Assembly: GCA_002104905.1 (NCBI GenBank)
Contig: MCFE01000205.1
Span: 1-64,000, forward strand
Direction of reading: 5' to 3'
DNA from: Basidiobolus meristosporus CBS 931.73
Lineage: Eukaryota > Fungi > Basidiobolomycota
DNA: 64,000 bases
Positions 35,595 to 49,900 of the stretch are shown piece after piece. A program made the position numbers and the translations under genes. The stretch's first letter is position 1. Every line of letters begins with the position of its first letter. The notes below the pieces were generated by a model. It saw nothing but the letters and a program-made list of their open reading frames with translations. It was not told where the DNA came from and ran no database searches.

Positions 35595-38500
35595 AGGGAG
35601 TTTAGCTAGTATAGTATTCATTAAAGCTTGAACTGATTTTTATTGAGGTTCTGGCAGCTCCATATATACATTTTGCCAGATCAATTGCTGAGTATTGCAT
35701 TTCCTAATATAGGTTGCTGCTGATGACTCATTTGATTGTATCATCATTGCCCAATAGGATCCTACTTAATATATCTATTCCTGTCTGATAAGGATCTGTT
35801 GATTCATTTGCTGACTAATGCTACTCACTTGATAGATAACACTGATATACTGATAGGCTAAACCTATACCTAATTGATTTGACTAAAAATTGATCTAACA
35901 TAAAGATTCAAGCAGTAGATCATACCATTCCCCCCTACTAAAGTTAAGAGAGCTCTCCTGAATCTCTTTTCTTGTGATATCAATATCTTAATTTCAGTAT
36001 TGCTGGCAAGTCTTGCAAGCTTGAGTATGTCTCTATGAACTAAATCTTCCCAGATATTCCCTAGTTTGTCCACTAGTTAGTAAGTTGCAAATGGACAATC
36101 TCTGATAATCACAAATGGCCCCATCCGTTGTGGCTCAAACTTCTTCCAAGTATTGCTTCTCAGCAGTACAAAGCTCCTAACTGTCAATAATTCTGATAAT
36201 ATAGTCATATCAAATCTCTGCTTCATCTTTTCTGCACTCTGAGATACTTTGGCCTGTGCCTCTTGACATCTTTGTTCCAGTGGCTGGTGTCAACTTGGCT
36301 GACTGAGCTCATCTTCAAAGGCGTCTGAAAGCTTTGGTTGTGTAAGATCTCCTGGAATCCTTGGTTCATATCCATACACTAAGTAAAATGGTAATTGTTG
36401 TGTGGTGTTATGTACTCTAACTTGGTATGCAAAAAATACTTGACCAACATTCTCATCCCAACTACTGCCAGCTCCATTTGCATACTTGGTCAGCATTTTC
36501 CCAAGTAATTTGTCAAACTGCTCAGTGACCCCATTAGTTCCAGTGTGATATGCTGAGGTTTCAAGTGTCTGATATGTTGCATTTCTAGGTAAGCTTCCAA
36601 TGTCTTTGCCATAAAGTTTGCTGCTCTATCAGATAGAATATCTACTGGGCATCCAGACTTCATAAGGATTTCATAGCAGAAGAAAGTTGCAACTTCTTGT
36701 TCACTTGCTACAGGTACTGCTTTACTAACTGGCCATTTGGTTTCATGGTCAGTTGCTACTAGGATTCAACAGTTTCATATCCTGGTAGTTGGCAGTCTTC
36801 CAATAAAGTCAATTCCTCATATTTAATTGGTCTTACAGGCTCTAAGGGAAAGAGCTCAGCAATTCTCTGTGGTTGGCCATGGTTGATTTGGCAATTTAGG
36901 CATGTTTTCACTGTCCTCACAATGTCTTGTTTCATTCTGGGCAGCCATGCTCTGGCTTTCATAGGGCTATAGGTTCCTTCAATTCCAAGAAGTCTATATC
37001 CATTGTGTAGCTTATGTATTCAATCCAGGCAAGCAACATAAGGGCAATAGGCAATAGGGCTCCTATCAACAACTTGGTATAGTGATTCATCCTGTACCAC
37101 AAATCTGCTGGCTTCATCCCAGATTATCTTCTTAATCTCTTCATCCATCTCATTGGGAATGGCTAGGTCCTTCAAATACTTTGGTTTTAGGCTAGGCCAT
37201 TCTGATTTAGGCACCAAGCTGAGTTGTGAAACTTGTTCTAATCTTGATAAGGCATCAGCAATCATGTTGTTTTTCCCAGTGCAGTAGACAATCTCCAAAT
37301 CAAATTGCCAAATGTACTCACTCCATCTTGTCATTCTTCTAGAGAGTACCTCCTGAGTAAATATACACTTGCAGAAGTCATGATCAGTCTTGACAGTGCA
37401 TTTGACTCCTTCAAGATAGCATCTCCATATCTTCAAGCAGTGTATTATAGCAAGCATCTCCTTCTCATGCACTGGATAGTTTTGTTCTGCTGAATTCAGT
37501 TTCTTGGATTCAAAGGCAACAGGGTAGACCTTTCCCTCATGTTCTTTGCTCAACACACCACCAATTGCATAATCTGAAGCATCTGTGCACAGAGTAACTC
37601 TTTTCTAGAGTCAGGTATTTTGATGCTTGGTAGCTTAGAAAGTTCATTCTTGAGCATTGTAGTGGGGCACAGTAACACCCACTGACAAATGAGCTCATTC
37701 CCATATTTTCTACTTCCTTATTTCTCTACTACACTTATTTTAGTTTTATCCCATTTGTCTTACCTGATCAGTACTATCCCATAAGCCAGTTGACTATCAA
37801 ACTTGCTTACCTTAATGCATAAGTTATCCCTCAATTTATGTAGGATTAATAGCTGTAAGTGCTTTGGTATTAGGCCAGTACCTGCACCAGTATCCATGAC
37901 ACATGGTCAACCTGTGTCACCATCCCTACCATTCCCAAAATACATATGGTAACCCTATATTACAAAGGTCTCAGAGTACTGATGCCTGATTGGTCAGATG
38001 TGCTGAGCCTCTTAAAACCTTCTGGCACCTACTTGGAATACTCTTAGCTCATTCTGATGTCAATAAGCTTTCTATTGATCCCCGGAACCTTCCGGAACAC
38101 CATGAGTAGTTATCACTTAGTCAGTGAGAAAAGTATATAATGAAGGCAATCCCTCAACAATAAATCATCATCCCTTCTATCAATATACTGACCTGTTGGT
38201 TAATGTGATCACTGCTACCTGCTGCTACCTGAACTTTCAACCCCAGACCACAGGACACTCCCAGGAAGTCTCAATGACAGCAAATTGTCCTTGGGGCTCT
38301 ACTTGTGAGGAATTCTCAGAGTAAGTATCTTTTGTTGTATTTGATTCTTTTGCAAGTTTGTTCTTGTACAGGCAAAGATAGTTGTCTGTCTTTGTAACTG
38401 CTGATCAGAGCTGCATTCTTATCAAGTCCCAGTTGGTGGAGTTTACAGTAGTTTTGACTTCGGAAGCTTTAGTTGATTGTCATCCCAATGAACGCTGAAC

Positions 38501-41233
38501 CCAGAGCATACTTTTGTTAAGACACCAACTAAGTTGGGGATTGTAGCTCAATAGTCTTCCCTTGACAAGCTTGTGGCTTTATTCCCCATCACATTAGATT
38601 AGAGATAGAACCTAAGTATTTCTAGCAAGCTTTTGCTGGAGGTTATTGCACCCAGTGAACACCCCACACACAAAACACTTGAGAAGTGTTGAACCTATCT
38701 CTCCCTTTGACTTATACACCACCACAGCATCTGAAAAGCAGTCTCACAAGCTATGTCTCACTTGTTGGTATTGTCTTTCTTGAGGATATCAGCTAAAGGG
38801 GCTGCAATCTTTGCACAGGATTTGACAAATCTCCAATAATAGGAAGACATTCCAAGGAATCATCTGAGTTCTGGTGTGCTATGGGGCTACTTCAGATTCT
38901 TGATAACTTTAACCTTATTAGGGTCTAAGGTCACTCCTTTGCTAGTCACTATGTGTCCCAGGTATTCTACATGTTCCTTGGGGAATTTGCACTATGCTAG
39001 CTTGCTGTGCAGCTTGTTTTCTCTTAGCTTCTTCAAGACCTTTTCAATTTGCACCAAGTGCTCCTCTTCTGTCTTGCTGTATATCTATATGTCATCTAGG
39101 TGGACTACAACAAACTTGTCTAGGTATTCCTGGAAGACTGTTTGCATCAAGGTCATGATTGTTGCAGGGGCATTGGTGCGGCCAATACTCATGACTGGGT
39201 ACTTATAGTGTCCATATCTGGTCCTGAATGCTGTCTTAAGGATGTCTTCTGATTTCACCCTAATCTGGATGTATCCATATATGAGGTCAATCTTACTGAA
39301 TAAAGTGGCTCCATTGAGTTGGTCCAAAAGCTCATCAATTTAAGACATGATGTACTTATTCCTCATGGTCACTGAGCTGAGGGCACTATAGTCCATGCAC
39401 ATCCTGAGTATTAGATCCTTCTTTTTCATAAAAAGTGCTGGTGCACCCCAAGGTGACTTGCTGGGTCTGATATATCCTTGTTCCAATAACTGATCTATTT
39501 ATCTCTTTGTCTCTTCTAACTCCAATGAACTTATTCTGTAAGGTGTCCTACCTACTTGAGGGCTATCTCCTGTGTTAATGGCATGACCCACATGTCTGAC
39601 TGGTAGTAGGCTTACAAGTTCATCTGGAAATACATCTGAATATTCCTTCAAAAGATTCTGGACATTCTGGGGTAATGGAGTAGAGGAATCCTCCTGTAAT
39701 ATTGCCATGAGAAACATCTGGGTGCCTTGTCTATGTGCTCTACAGAACTGTGTCTTGCTAAGTCCATATGTTTCACACACACTTGTATTAACCAAGTTGA
39801 ATTCCAGTTTGGCGGGTAATAGCTCATAGGTCTTGTTGTCCTTCTGGATTTGAGCAGCATGGGTTCTTGAGTTGATTGATGAATTATGACAAAATAGCCA
39901 GGTTTTTGCAAGTACAAGGTCAAACTTAGGGTTCCCAGATATATAGACCTGTAGGTCTTCTTCATAGTCATTGATCTTCATCCTTATTGGCTGAGTATTA
40001 TGGTTGATTATGTGAGAGCTCCCACCAGCTGTGGAGACCAAGGTTAATCTGGTGGGTTCCAAGCTGATATAAGCTTTCAAATCAAATTGCTCTGACATGT
40101 ACTCATGAAATGCTCTTGAGTCAATCATTTTCTTGGCAAGTACTACATTCATTACATCATTCAAATACAATAGCTTTCCCAAGTTTGAGGTCATCTTGTT
40201 TAGGTATTCTTCTCTCATATGAAAGATAAATTCTGAGTCTTCTTCAAGCTCATCCCCCATGTTACTTTACCCAAGGGCTTCAATATGGCTTCTTTCAACC
40301 CATCAATAAAGTATTTCACTTGATCCAGAGGGTCAATTCTTTCAATATGTCCAAGTAGATATCTATACTCATAGATATACTTGTGAACCATTCTTTTCTA
40401 TCTGAGTGTCTTCAACTTTCATCTTAGTAATGTCTGCTGGTGTGGTGGTTCAAAAGCATCCTGAATTTCCAAAAGAAGCTCATCCCAGGTGGAGATTATA
40501 GAGCATCCCATCATGGTGGCTGACCTGATCTTGTTGTGGTACCAATGTAGTGCTGCATCTGCCAGGTAGGAGGCTGCATAGTGTAACTTGCTTTCAGGAG
40601 CAATTCCCTTAGCCTTCAAAGCTTCTCCAATCTGGAAGAGCCAATTTCCAAGGTTTTTATTGACTCTGCCATAGTACTGGTTAACCTTCACACTGAAGTT
40701 GCTCTTGACAGGGTTTTGCTGGCTTTGGTCAGTGGTAGTCATTAATTGTTACTGGTGGCTAAGGATCTGGAGTGACCGTAGTTGTTTGGCCAGGATTTGC
40801 TGCAAAGCATTCCTCCATTCTTGATTTTTGGACATCTTGAGGCAGGGTTCTTCTTTCTTTAGGAGTGAGGTTTCTGGTTATTGCTGCTACCAATGTTACA
40901 AGTCTTGGTGTAAGAGTTGTAGAGGAATAGGGAGTTTAGCTAGTATTGTATTCACTAGAACTTGCACCAGTTTTTATTGAGGTTCCAGCAGCTGCTTATA
41001 TATATTTTGCCAAAAGTAGATTGTTGCTGATGACTCATTTAATTGCATCATCATCACCCAATAAGATCCTACTCAGTATATCTGTTCCTATCTGATAAGG
41101 CTAAGCTGATTTTTCTGCTGACTAATGCCACTGATTTGATAGACAACACTGACATGCTGATAGGCTCAAAATACAACTAATTGATTTGACTAAAACTGAT
41201 CTAACTTAAACATTCAAGCAACAGATCATAACC
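35595..41233 (-). mobile_element. Decayed Ty3/gypsy copy of the same family as 50316-55254
   Basis: 5' LTR ~40894-41233, PBS TGGTAGCAGCA, gag (VKVNQYYGRVNKNLGNWLFQI), PR, RT, RH and IN with many stops; partial 3' LTR ~35595-35927; interrupted by a solo LTR. Confidence 0.9.
37658..38726 (+). mobile_element. Solo LTR (1069 bp) related to the LTR of the Gag-PR-only element
   Basis: TGTAGTGGGG...ACACCACCACA ends; 4-bp TSD GCAT; shares blocks with the 804-bp LTR (GCAATCCCTCA.CAATAAATCATC, GAGGTTATTGCACCC). Confidence 0.85.
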
Positions 41234-41339
41234 CAAAACACACTGTATTACATATTCAGATGGCTAAGGAGAGCTTGATGGCATTACAAACTCACCTGGC
41301 TCAGTTTTTGCAAGGTGAGAACCTTGGCTAGGTGCCACA

Positions 41340-42160
41340 ATAGAAGTATCAAGTGTCTAATACAAAATTGTTGTTACAGTGCAAGCCAATAAATGGTCAA
41401 ATATGACATGTGTGGCATAATGCTTTCCATTTTCCTTGTAATACTCACTATGCTGTCTGCATGCTACATGGACAAGAAACTTGTTACAATTGTCACATAA
41501 TTCTTTTCTCTTCTCTTATGACATTGAATCAAAGTTGTCTTCTCCACTGGGCAAACGGCTTGACAATTAATAATTTTACACTATTGTATCACATTATTGT
41601 TAACACTCATGTTAAGACAGTCTTGTATTTGAGACATTGCACCTATATAGGTGTAAGATCCAATGATGACCTGTTGCAGTTTAAGAAGTGATTTGGATAT
41701 AAGGAACTTATCAAGAAATAGTGATAATAGCTGAACTGTTGTTTATTAGTAACAAAGCTCAGTATTTATACCTTGGTAGAAGTAATACTACTGTAACACT
41801 AAGTAAGGAGGGCCTCTCAATATTCAGGAGCATTCTGTAACAGTTTCAGGGTTAGTATATAATAGTTGGTATTAGTGCTAATTTGATCCTGACTATAGGG
41901 GAATAATCATAGGATCATAGATCTGAAGAAAGTGGCAAAGTTAGAGCTGTAAATTAGTCCCACAGTGATCAAGACTAGTCCAGAATTTTTAAGTAAATTT
42001 TCATCCGCAGAATGATACCAAATAGTCCAATATTTCAACATGACCCACCAAAGCAAGATTTATATATAGAGTTAAGGCACCACATACCTACATAGATGTC
42101 ACACTATTTCCCCTTTGGGTGGACCCTCATCCATATGTATACTGCCAAGAAATAAAGTAA
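41340..42160 (-). mobile_element. CACTA-like relic (homologous to 27550-27960) split by a copia solo LTR
   Basis: Nucleotide similarity to 27600-27960 on both sides of the LTR. Confidence 0.6.
41672..42040 (-). mobile_element. Copia solo LTR with 5-bp TSD TGACC
   Basis: Reverse complement of the LTRs at 44005-44647 and 57427 onward; TG..CA ends; TGACC on both flanks. Confidence 0.85.
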
Positions 42161-43629
42161 AGTCATCTGGATCCCAACCAAACCCACCACAGAAATCAGC
42201 AGAAGAACAGTTGGGCAACAGTTTGATTTGAATCTCAGTGCATCAAGCTGGGATGCATTCAAAAAAGGCCATGTTGACAGTGTTTCCATTGAAGATAATA
42301 CTGGGGACTTCTCAGACTCTCAGTCAAGTTGGCAAAAGGAAATCTCTGTTGAGCCACCAGCTGACCACAATGCTTGGCTGACAGTTTCATGCAAGTAGCT
42401 GAGAAATGTCAGGCTGCTGGGTGTGTACTTGTAAGAGACAAGCAAGTGAAATGGATGCACCAGTGCAGCACTCATTAGGGAAAAAATAAAATACCATCTA
42501 AGAGGCACTGTGTTGCACTGGGAGTTGAGTACTTGACAGTTATAAAACCTGCTAATTTCTCACAAGCCCATCACAAGCAGGACTGACAGCTCAAGCAAGC
42601 AGCTAAGAAGCATCAGGATGCCACAAGAGTGCCAGCAGGGGACAAGCAGGCAAAAACAGATGCACCACAGCATGCTTCTAGGAGAAAACAGAGTGCTGTA
42701 CAAGAAGCACTCAGTCAAAGTAGCACTCAAAGCCCTGGCAGTGATGCAGCTAAAGGGAAAATAATTGGCAGTAACCAAGGTTGAGGTAAAGAGAAAAAGG
42801 TCAACCTAGTTCAGAGACAGGGAAGCGTCACAGAAAGCTGCAGTTCTCTCTATTTATGATGTCAACCCAGAGTAGGCTGATTCTTGTCATAGCTAAGAAA
42901 AAATGCCAACAAGAAAGCAGCTGTTTTCACCATAGTTGGAAGTGTTGCCAGCTGAGCTGCACTTCAGTAAGATGGATGAGTTTGCAGGGAAATGCAATTT
43001 GTCTACCACAGCCTCCACGTCCTCCATTGTTGACAGAATGGAGTTACCACCAACAGATAAAGTAGCAACATCAAGAACTCAAACAGTTATCAAAATGCCT
43101 TCAGTGGAATTTTGGAATATTAGTAGGCACACCAAGAGGTTGCATCACCTCTTCAGGAGCAATGCTCAAGAAGCGCACATGAGTATTGCAAGGATTTATT
43201 GCAAAGACTTGCAGATAAGGTGATAGACCTCACAGTGCCAGCTGAAGACCAGGACATATGGAAACCAGTGATTAAACAGTGGCATAAAGCCACAGAGTTC
43301 CTGCCTAGGTTGGAGTTGGGCTTAATGATGAAATCAGACACAGAGACTTGTATATGTCAATACAATTGGCAATCAAGGTACTCTGAATGTGTATGATCAG
43401 CCAATGAGTGAGTTTGCAGAGGACCAATCAAACGCCAGTCATGTCATGCTGTGATGAGAGACTTTAATCAAGTGTTTTGAGGAATATGGGGTGTAATAAA
43501 GTTGCAATGGTCTTTGCACAATGTCAAGAGAGGATCAACACCTATTAGCCACATGCCTTTTATTTTGTGATGGCCTTTTGACAGAATCATTGCAATTATT
43601 TCTCATAGGGTAAGGATCACCATGAGTAT

Positions 43630-43930
43630 CTACAACACAAAATGAGTAGTACAAGGGACAATTTCAACCCCAAAAAGGTAGATGTTAGAGCTCAGATTAT
43701 CTCTTCCAGTAGTATCCTATTATTGCCGTTTTGTCAAGTCATTTGCACATATTTGAGCCCTTTTGACTTATATCCTCAGCAAAGACAGCTCCTTTGTCAC
43801 ACAATACTTGTATCACTGCCTTTCAGACAAGGCACTAGAACATTCAACCTTGACATAGGTTTACTTCCTACACAGATGCTTCAGATTATGCAATTAGGCA
43901 CATGCTAAGCCAAGATCAAGAAGCAAAAGA
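43630..43930 (+). mobile_element. Decayed gypsy RT/RNase H fragment
   Basis: NFNPKKVD... and TDASDYAI...MLSQ are homologous to the intact element. Confidence 0.65.
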
Positions 43931-46900
43931 ATATTCAGTTGCTCTTAAGTCTCAGAAAGTGAATGCTGCAAAACAAAACTAGCCAGAGCATGCAAAGGAG
44001 ATTCTGTTGAAGTATTGAGCTGTTTAATACCATTCAGCAGCAAAAATTTACTTTACAATTCTGGAGTAGTCTTTGCCACTGTGGAACTAATTTACAGCCC
44101 TAACTTTGCCACTTTCTTTAGATCTATCACCTTATTATTATTCCCCTATAGTCAAGATCAAATTAGCACATTTATCAAACATTCCGCACTACCCCTGAAA
44201 CTGTTAGAGAATGCTCCTGATTGCTGAGAAACCATGCTTACTTTCCCTGAGAGAAAAAATTGACTTAAGGCCAGTAAAATACCATTATAGTATCAGCTGA
44301 ATTCCAGGTTTCATAAAATTCCCAACTCTCAAAATCACTGTTCTGAGCTAATGGGCAGGCAGGCAAATAAGCTGTCCAGAAGGACACTAGGCAAACCAGC
44401 ATCCATACAAATTTTGTAACTAAGACACCAGCTGAATACCAGAAAAATACCATCTGAATACCAGCAGAATACCAGCTAAAAGTCAGATGAATTCCAAGTT
44501 TGAGATTTTTCATAGGTTTGTGTTACAGCTGCATTACTTTTACAAAGGTATGAATACTGAGTTTCTTTATAAAAAACCAACAGTTCAAGTTTTATCACTA
44601 TTTCTTGATAAGTTCCTCTTATACAAATCACTTCTTGAGTTGTAATAGGTCATGAGCCCCACTGGCCATAATATATGTCATAGATAATATCTACCAACAA
44701 ATAGGACAATACAAACATCTTTCCCTTGAAGGAGAGTTTTAATGGGAAGGACTACAGACTTTGGAGAATCAAGATGCAGATTTTCCTTGGGGAAAGAGAT
44801 CTTTGGAATAAAGCAAAATGAAGAGAAGTTGAGCTCAAAGAAGCCGCAGAGGAAGTTGAACAGTTTCAAGTGAAGCAGAGAAAATCCTTTAATGTGATAT
44901 GTATCAATGTGCAAGATTCCTTCATTGGAAAAATTCATGCATCAAATACTGCCAAAGCAGCATGGGAATCCTTGGAGATGAACTCTAGAGCAAAGTTAGT
45001 ACAAAGCAACCTTTATTTGAAATAAAAGTTCTTCAACATGTCAAAGAAGCCAGATGATGAAATGGTACAACTCATTACCAGAATTGAGAGACTTGCCAAA
45101 GTACTTTACAGATTTGACACTGGTATAGATGATGAAGAAAAGATACTCTGCCTGCTTTACAGCTTACCAGACAAGTATGAGTCACTCATATTTCCATTTG
45201 AAAGCAGTGAAGACAATCTGACTTTAGACTATGTCAAAGAAAGACTTATTCATGATGAGCTCAGACATAGTGATTGAGCAGAGAAAACTGAAGATAACAC
45301 TTTATTCCAATCAGAATAGCACACAGAAAAGAAGGAAAAACCACAAAACCAAAGAAACCTGGTTGCTGTAAATACTGTAAGAAGCCAGGATGCTAGGTAA
45401 GAGAATGCAATACAAAACAAGCTGATTAAAAGCAGAAACTAGAGCAGGCACACCATAAAACTACTGATTAACAGTTAGTTTTAACTGAACAAGAGAGTGC
45501 AAGTAACTAAAGTAATGAATTGCATACTGACTCTGGAGCATCATGGCTGGTTTGGGGTGCCAAGGAGTAGGTCCAAAACTTAGCAACTATTTGCTTGAGA
45601 AAGGTTTGTCTGGGAGACAATTCTGCACTGGAAGCTACCACCAGTAGGTCCATACAGCTAAATGTCAGAAAATCTCAGGGGCAACAACCACAAAACTGAC
45701 TGACATATTCTATGTGCCTGGAATAGACAAGAACCTACTCTCAGTCAGTAAAGCAACTGCTCAGGAACTGAAATCTGTTTTACTAAGCTGCACAGCTCAA
45801 TAATAAGTGTAGATAGACAAATATTTGCTTTGGGAATCAGAAATCACAATTTGTACAAGTTACAGTGCAAGATCACTGTGCCTGAGTATGTCAGCATTAC
45901 TGAAACTGATGAAACTAAATGGTGAGCATGACATAGGAGTCTAGGACACATTGGAGAACAGAGAATGAGTTAATTGGTAAATATTAGCTTGTACTAGGCC
46001 TAAGTTACTTAACTCTATTTAATTGAATATCTGTAAGGCATGCTCATATAAAACAATCTAGGTAATGTTTTGGGAGCTTGGCAGGCATCTATATTACCAA
46101 AATACTGGCTATTGTACACTTGGACATATGTATCACCATCTAAACACTGTCCTTTGGAGCAAAGGGATACTTTATGAAGATTATTGATGACAAGACAAGA
46201 TATACATGGGTGTACTTCCACCAAACAACATATAAGGCTTGAGAGACACAAAGCACTCAGGAACATGGTAAAGTCACAAACTGGGTGTAGATTGAATTTA
46301 CTTCAAAGTAACAATAGAGGGGAATACTGCTGAATGGAGCTTGCAAAATACTGCTCATCTTCTGGTCTAATTCTATAGTCCGCTGTTTAGCATACTCCAC
46401 AGCCAAATGCAGTATCAGAACATGCAAATAAAATAATAGTTGCAATGGGAAGATTTATGCTTCATGATAAGGGAACTGACTACCCATTTTGGGCTGAATC
46501 TGCTGCTACTGCAGTATGCACCAAGAATAGATGTCTATCAATAGTGCTACATGCTTCCACATCCTTTGAAGCATATACATGCAAAAAACTAGTCCTACAG
46601 CCCATCAGGATCTTGAGCAGTGATGTTTTTATTACATTCCCCACAAAATATACTGAAAATTGATACCAAAGATTATAAAATGGATCTTTCTTAAATATTC
46701 TGAGGAAACTGGAGGGTAGAGAGTGAATGATGGCGAAATTTAAAAGCAGATGAAAAGCAGAGATGTTGTAGAGGAACAAAAAGTTTAGCTAGTATTGTAT
46801 TTGATGAAACCTAACTTGCTTTTTATTGAGGTTCCAGCAGCTTATTTAATATGTTTTGCTAGATCAATTGCTGACTAATTGCTTTTCACAATGTAGGTTG

Positions 46901-49900
46901 TGGCTGATGAGTTGCCTGATTACATCCTCATCACCCAATAAGATCTTACTTAATATATCAATATCTGTATGATAAACATCTGCTGATTCATTTGCTGACT
47001 AATGCCACTGATTTGATAGATGACACTGATATGCTGATAGGCTAAGCATATACCCAATTGATTTGACTAAAAACTGATCCACCTTAAAATATTAAAGCAG
47101 AATATCATAACATTCTCTCCTACTAAGGTTGAGTTGGTTCTCCTGAAACTCTTTTCTTATTGATTCCAGAATCTTGATAGCTTAGTATTGTGGCAAGTCT
47201 TGCAAGCTTGAGTCTGTGGCTATGAATTAAATCTTCCCGGATATTTTGTAGATTGTCCACCAGTTAGTAAGGTGCAAATGGACATTCTCTGATTATCTTA
47301 AGAAGTCCCATCCATTGTGGCTCAAGCTTCCTCCAAGTGTTGTTTCTCAGCAATACAAAGTTCCCAGCTATCAATGCTTCTGGTGATATAGTCTTATCAA
47401 ATCCCTGCTTCATCTTGTCTGCACTTTGATATACTTTGGCCTGTGCCTCTTATTGACTTTGTTCCGGCTGCCAGTGTCTACTTGGCCAACAGAGCTCATC
47501 CTTTAAGGTGTGTGTAAGCTTTGGTCATGTCAGATCTCCTGGAGTCCTTGGTTCACATCCATACACTAAGTAAAATGGCTATTATTGGGTGGTGTAATGT
47601 ACTCTTATACTGCACAGAAAAGTGCTTGGTCTAGATATTCATCCCATCTACCTACAGCTCCACTTGCATACTTGGTCAGCATTTTCCAAATAAGTCATTA
47701 ATCTGCTCAGTGACTCCATTAGTTCTAGGATGATATGTCAAAGTTTTCAAGTGTCTGATCTACTGCAGTTCCATGTAAGCTTCCAATGTCTTTGCCATAA
47801 AGTTTGCTCCTCTATTGAATTAACTCTCTACAGGGCATTTAAACTTCATTAGGATCTCTTGGTAGATGAAACTTGTATCTTCTTGTTCACTGGCTACAGT
47901 TGCTGCTTTTGCCACTGGCCATTTGGTGGCATTGTCAATTGCTACTAGGATTCAACAGTTTTAAATCCTTGTAGTTGGCAGTCTTCCAATAAAGTCAAAT
48001 CCCCATCTTGTAAATGGTCTTAGAAGCTCCACGGAAAATTGTCTGGCAATTCTTTGTAGTTGGCCTTGATTGATTTGGCAATTTGGGCATGCTTTCACTG
48101 TCCTCACAATGTCTTGTTTCATTCTGAGCCATCATGCGCTGGCTTTCATAAGGCTATAGGTTCCTCAATTCCAAGATGTCTATATCCACTGTGTAGCTTA
48201 TATATTAAATCCAGGCAAGAAATGTGGGGTCAATAGGCAATAGAGCTTCCATGAACAATTTGGCAGAGTGTTTCATCATGTACCACAAATTTGCTGGCTT
48301 TGTCCCAGATTATCTTCTTGATCTCTTCTTCTTCCTCATTAGGAAGTCTTGGTCCTCCAAGTATTTTGTTAATACGCTAAGCCAATAATTGATGCACCAA
48401 GTTGAGTTGTGCAACTTGTTCTAATCTTGATAAGGCATCAGCAATTGTGTTCTTTTTCCCAGGATAATAGACAATATCCTGGTCAAATTGCTGAATGTAT
48501 TCACTCCATCTTTTCATTTATCCAGAGAATACCTTCTGAGTAAATATATACTTGAGTGAGGTGTGGTCAGTCTTCACAGTGCACTTGACTCCTTCAATAT
48601 AGCATCTCCAGGCTTTCAAACAGTGTATTATGGCAAGTATCTCCTTCTCATGCACTGGATAGTTCTGTTCTGTTGAGTTCAGTTTCTTGAACTCAACAGC
48701 AACTGGGTAGTACTTTCCCTCCTGTTCTTGGCTCAGTACTCAACCAATTACATAGTCTGAAGCATCTGTACACAGAGTGACTCTTTTCTGAAGTCTGGGA
48801 TTCTTAAGGTTAGTATCTTAGCAAGTTCATTCTTGAGTATCTGAAAGGCAGTCTCATAGGCTATTTCTCACTTCATGGTGTTGCTTCTCTTGAGAATATC
48901 AGCTAAAGGGGCCACAATACTTGCAAAAGACTTGACACATATCCAATCATAGGAAACCATTCAAAGGAATGATCTGAGTTCTGATATGCTATGGGGCTGC
49001 CTCAGATTCTTGATGACGTCAACCTTCTTAGGGTCTAATGTCACTCCTTTGCTAGTCACTATGTGTCCCAGGTATTCAACATGTTCCTTGGGGAATTTGC
49101 ACTATGCTAGCTTGCTGTGCAGCTTGTTTTCTCTTAGCTTCTTCAAGACCTTTTCAATTTGCACCAAGTGCTCCTCTTCTGTCTTGCTGTATATCTATAT
49201 GTCATCTAGGTGGACTACAACAAACTTGTCTAGGTATTCCTGGAAGACTGTTTGCATCAAGGTCATGATTGTTGCAGGGGCATTGGTGCGGCCAATACTC
49301 ATGACTGGGTACTTATAGTGTCCATATCTGGTCCTGAATGCTGTCTTAAGGATGTCTTCTGATTTCACCCTAATCTGGATGTATCCATATATGAGGTCAA
49401 TCTTACTGAATAAAGTGGCTCCATTGAGTTGGTCCAAAAGCTCATCAATTTAAGACATGATGTACTTATTCCTCATGGTCACTGAGCTGAGGGCACTATA
49501 GTCCATGCACATCCTGAGTATTAGATCCTTCTTTTTCATAAAAAGTACTGGTGTTCCCCAAAGTGATTTGCTGAGTCTGATATATCCTTGCTCCAATATG
49601 GGATCTATTTGTCTCTTCATCTCTTCCAACTGGAGTGGCTCATTCTGGAAGGTGTCTCACTCAATGGAGGGCTATCTCCAGTGTCAATAGCATGATCCAC
49701 ATCTCTGACTGGTGGTAGGAATACAAGTTCCTCTGGAAATATGTCTGAATATTGCTTCAGAGAGTTTGCACCTTTTGCAATGCTGGAATAGAGGAATCCT
49801 CCTGTAATACTGCCATGAGTAAAATCTGGGTACCTTTTCTAAGTGATCTACAGAACTGTGTCTTGCTAAGTTCACTTGTTTCATACACCTTGGAATTGAC

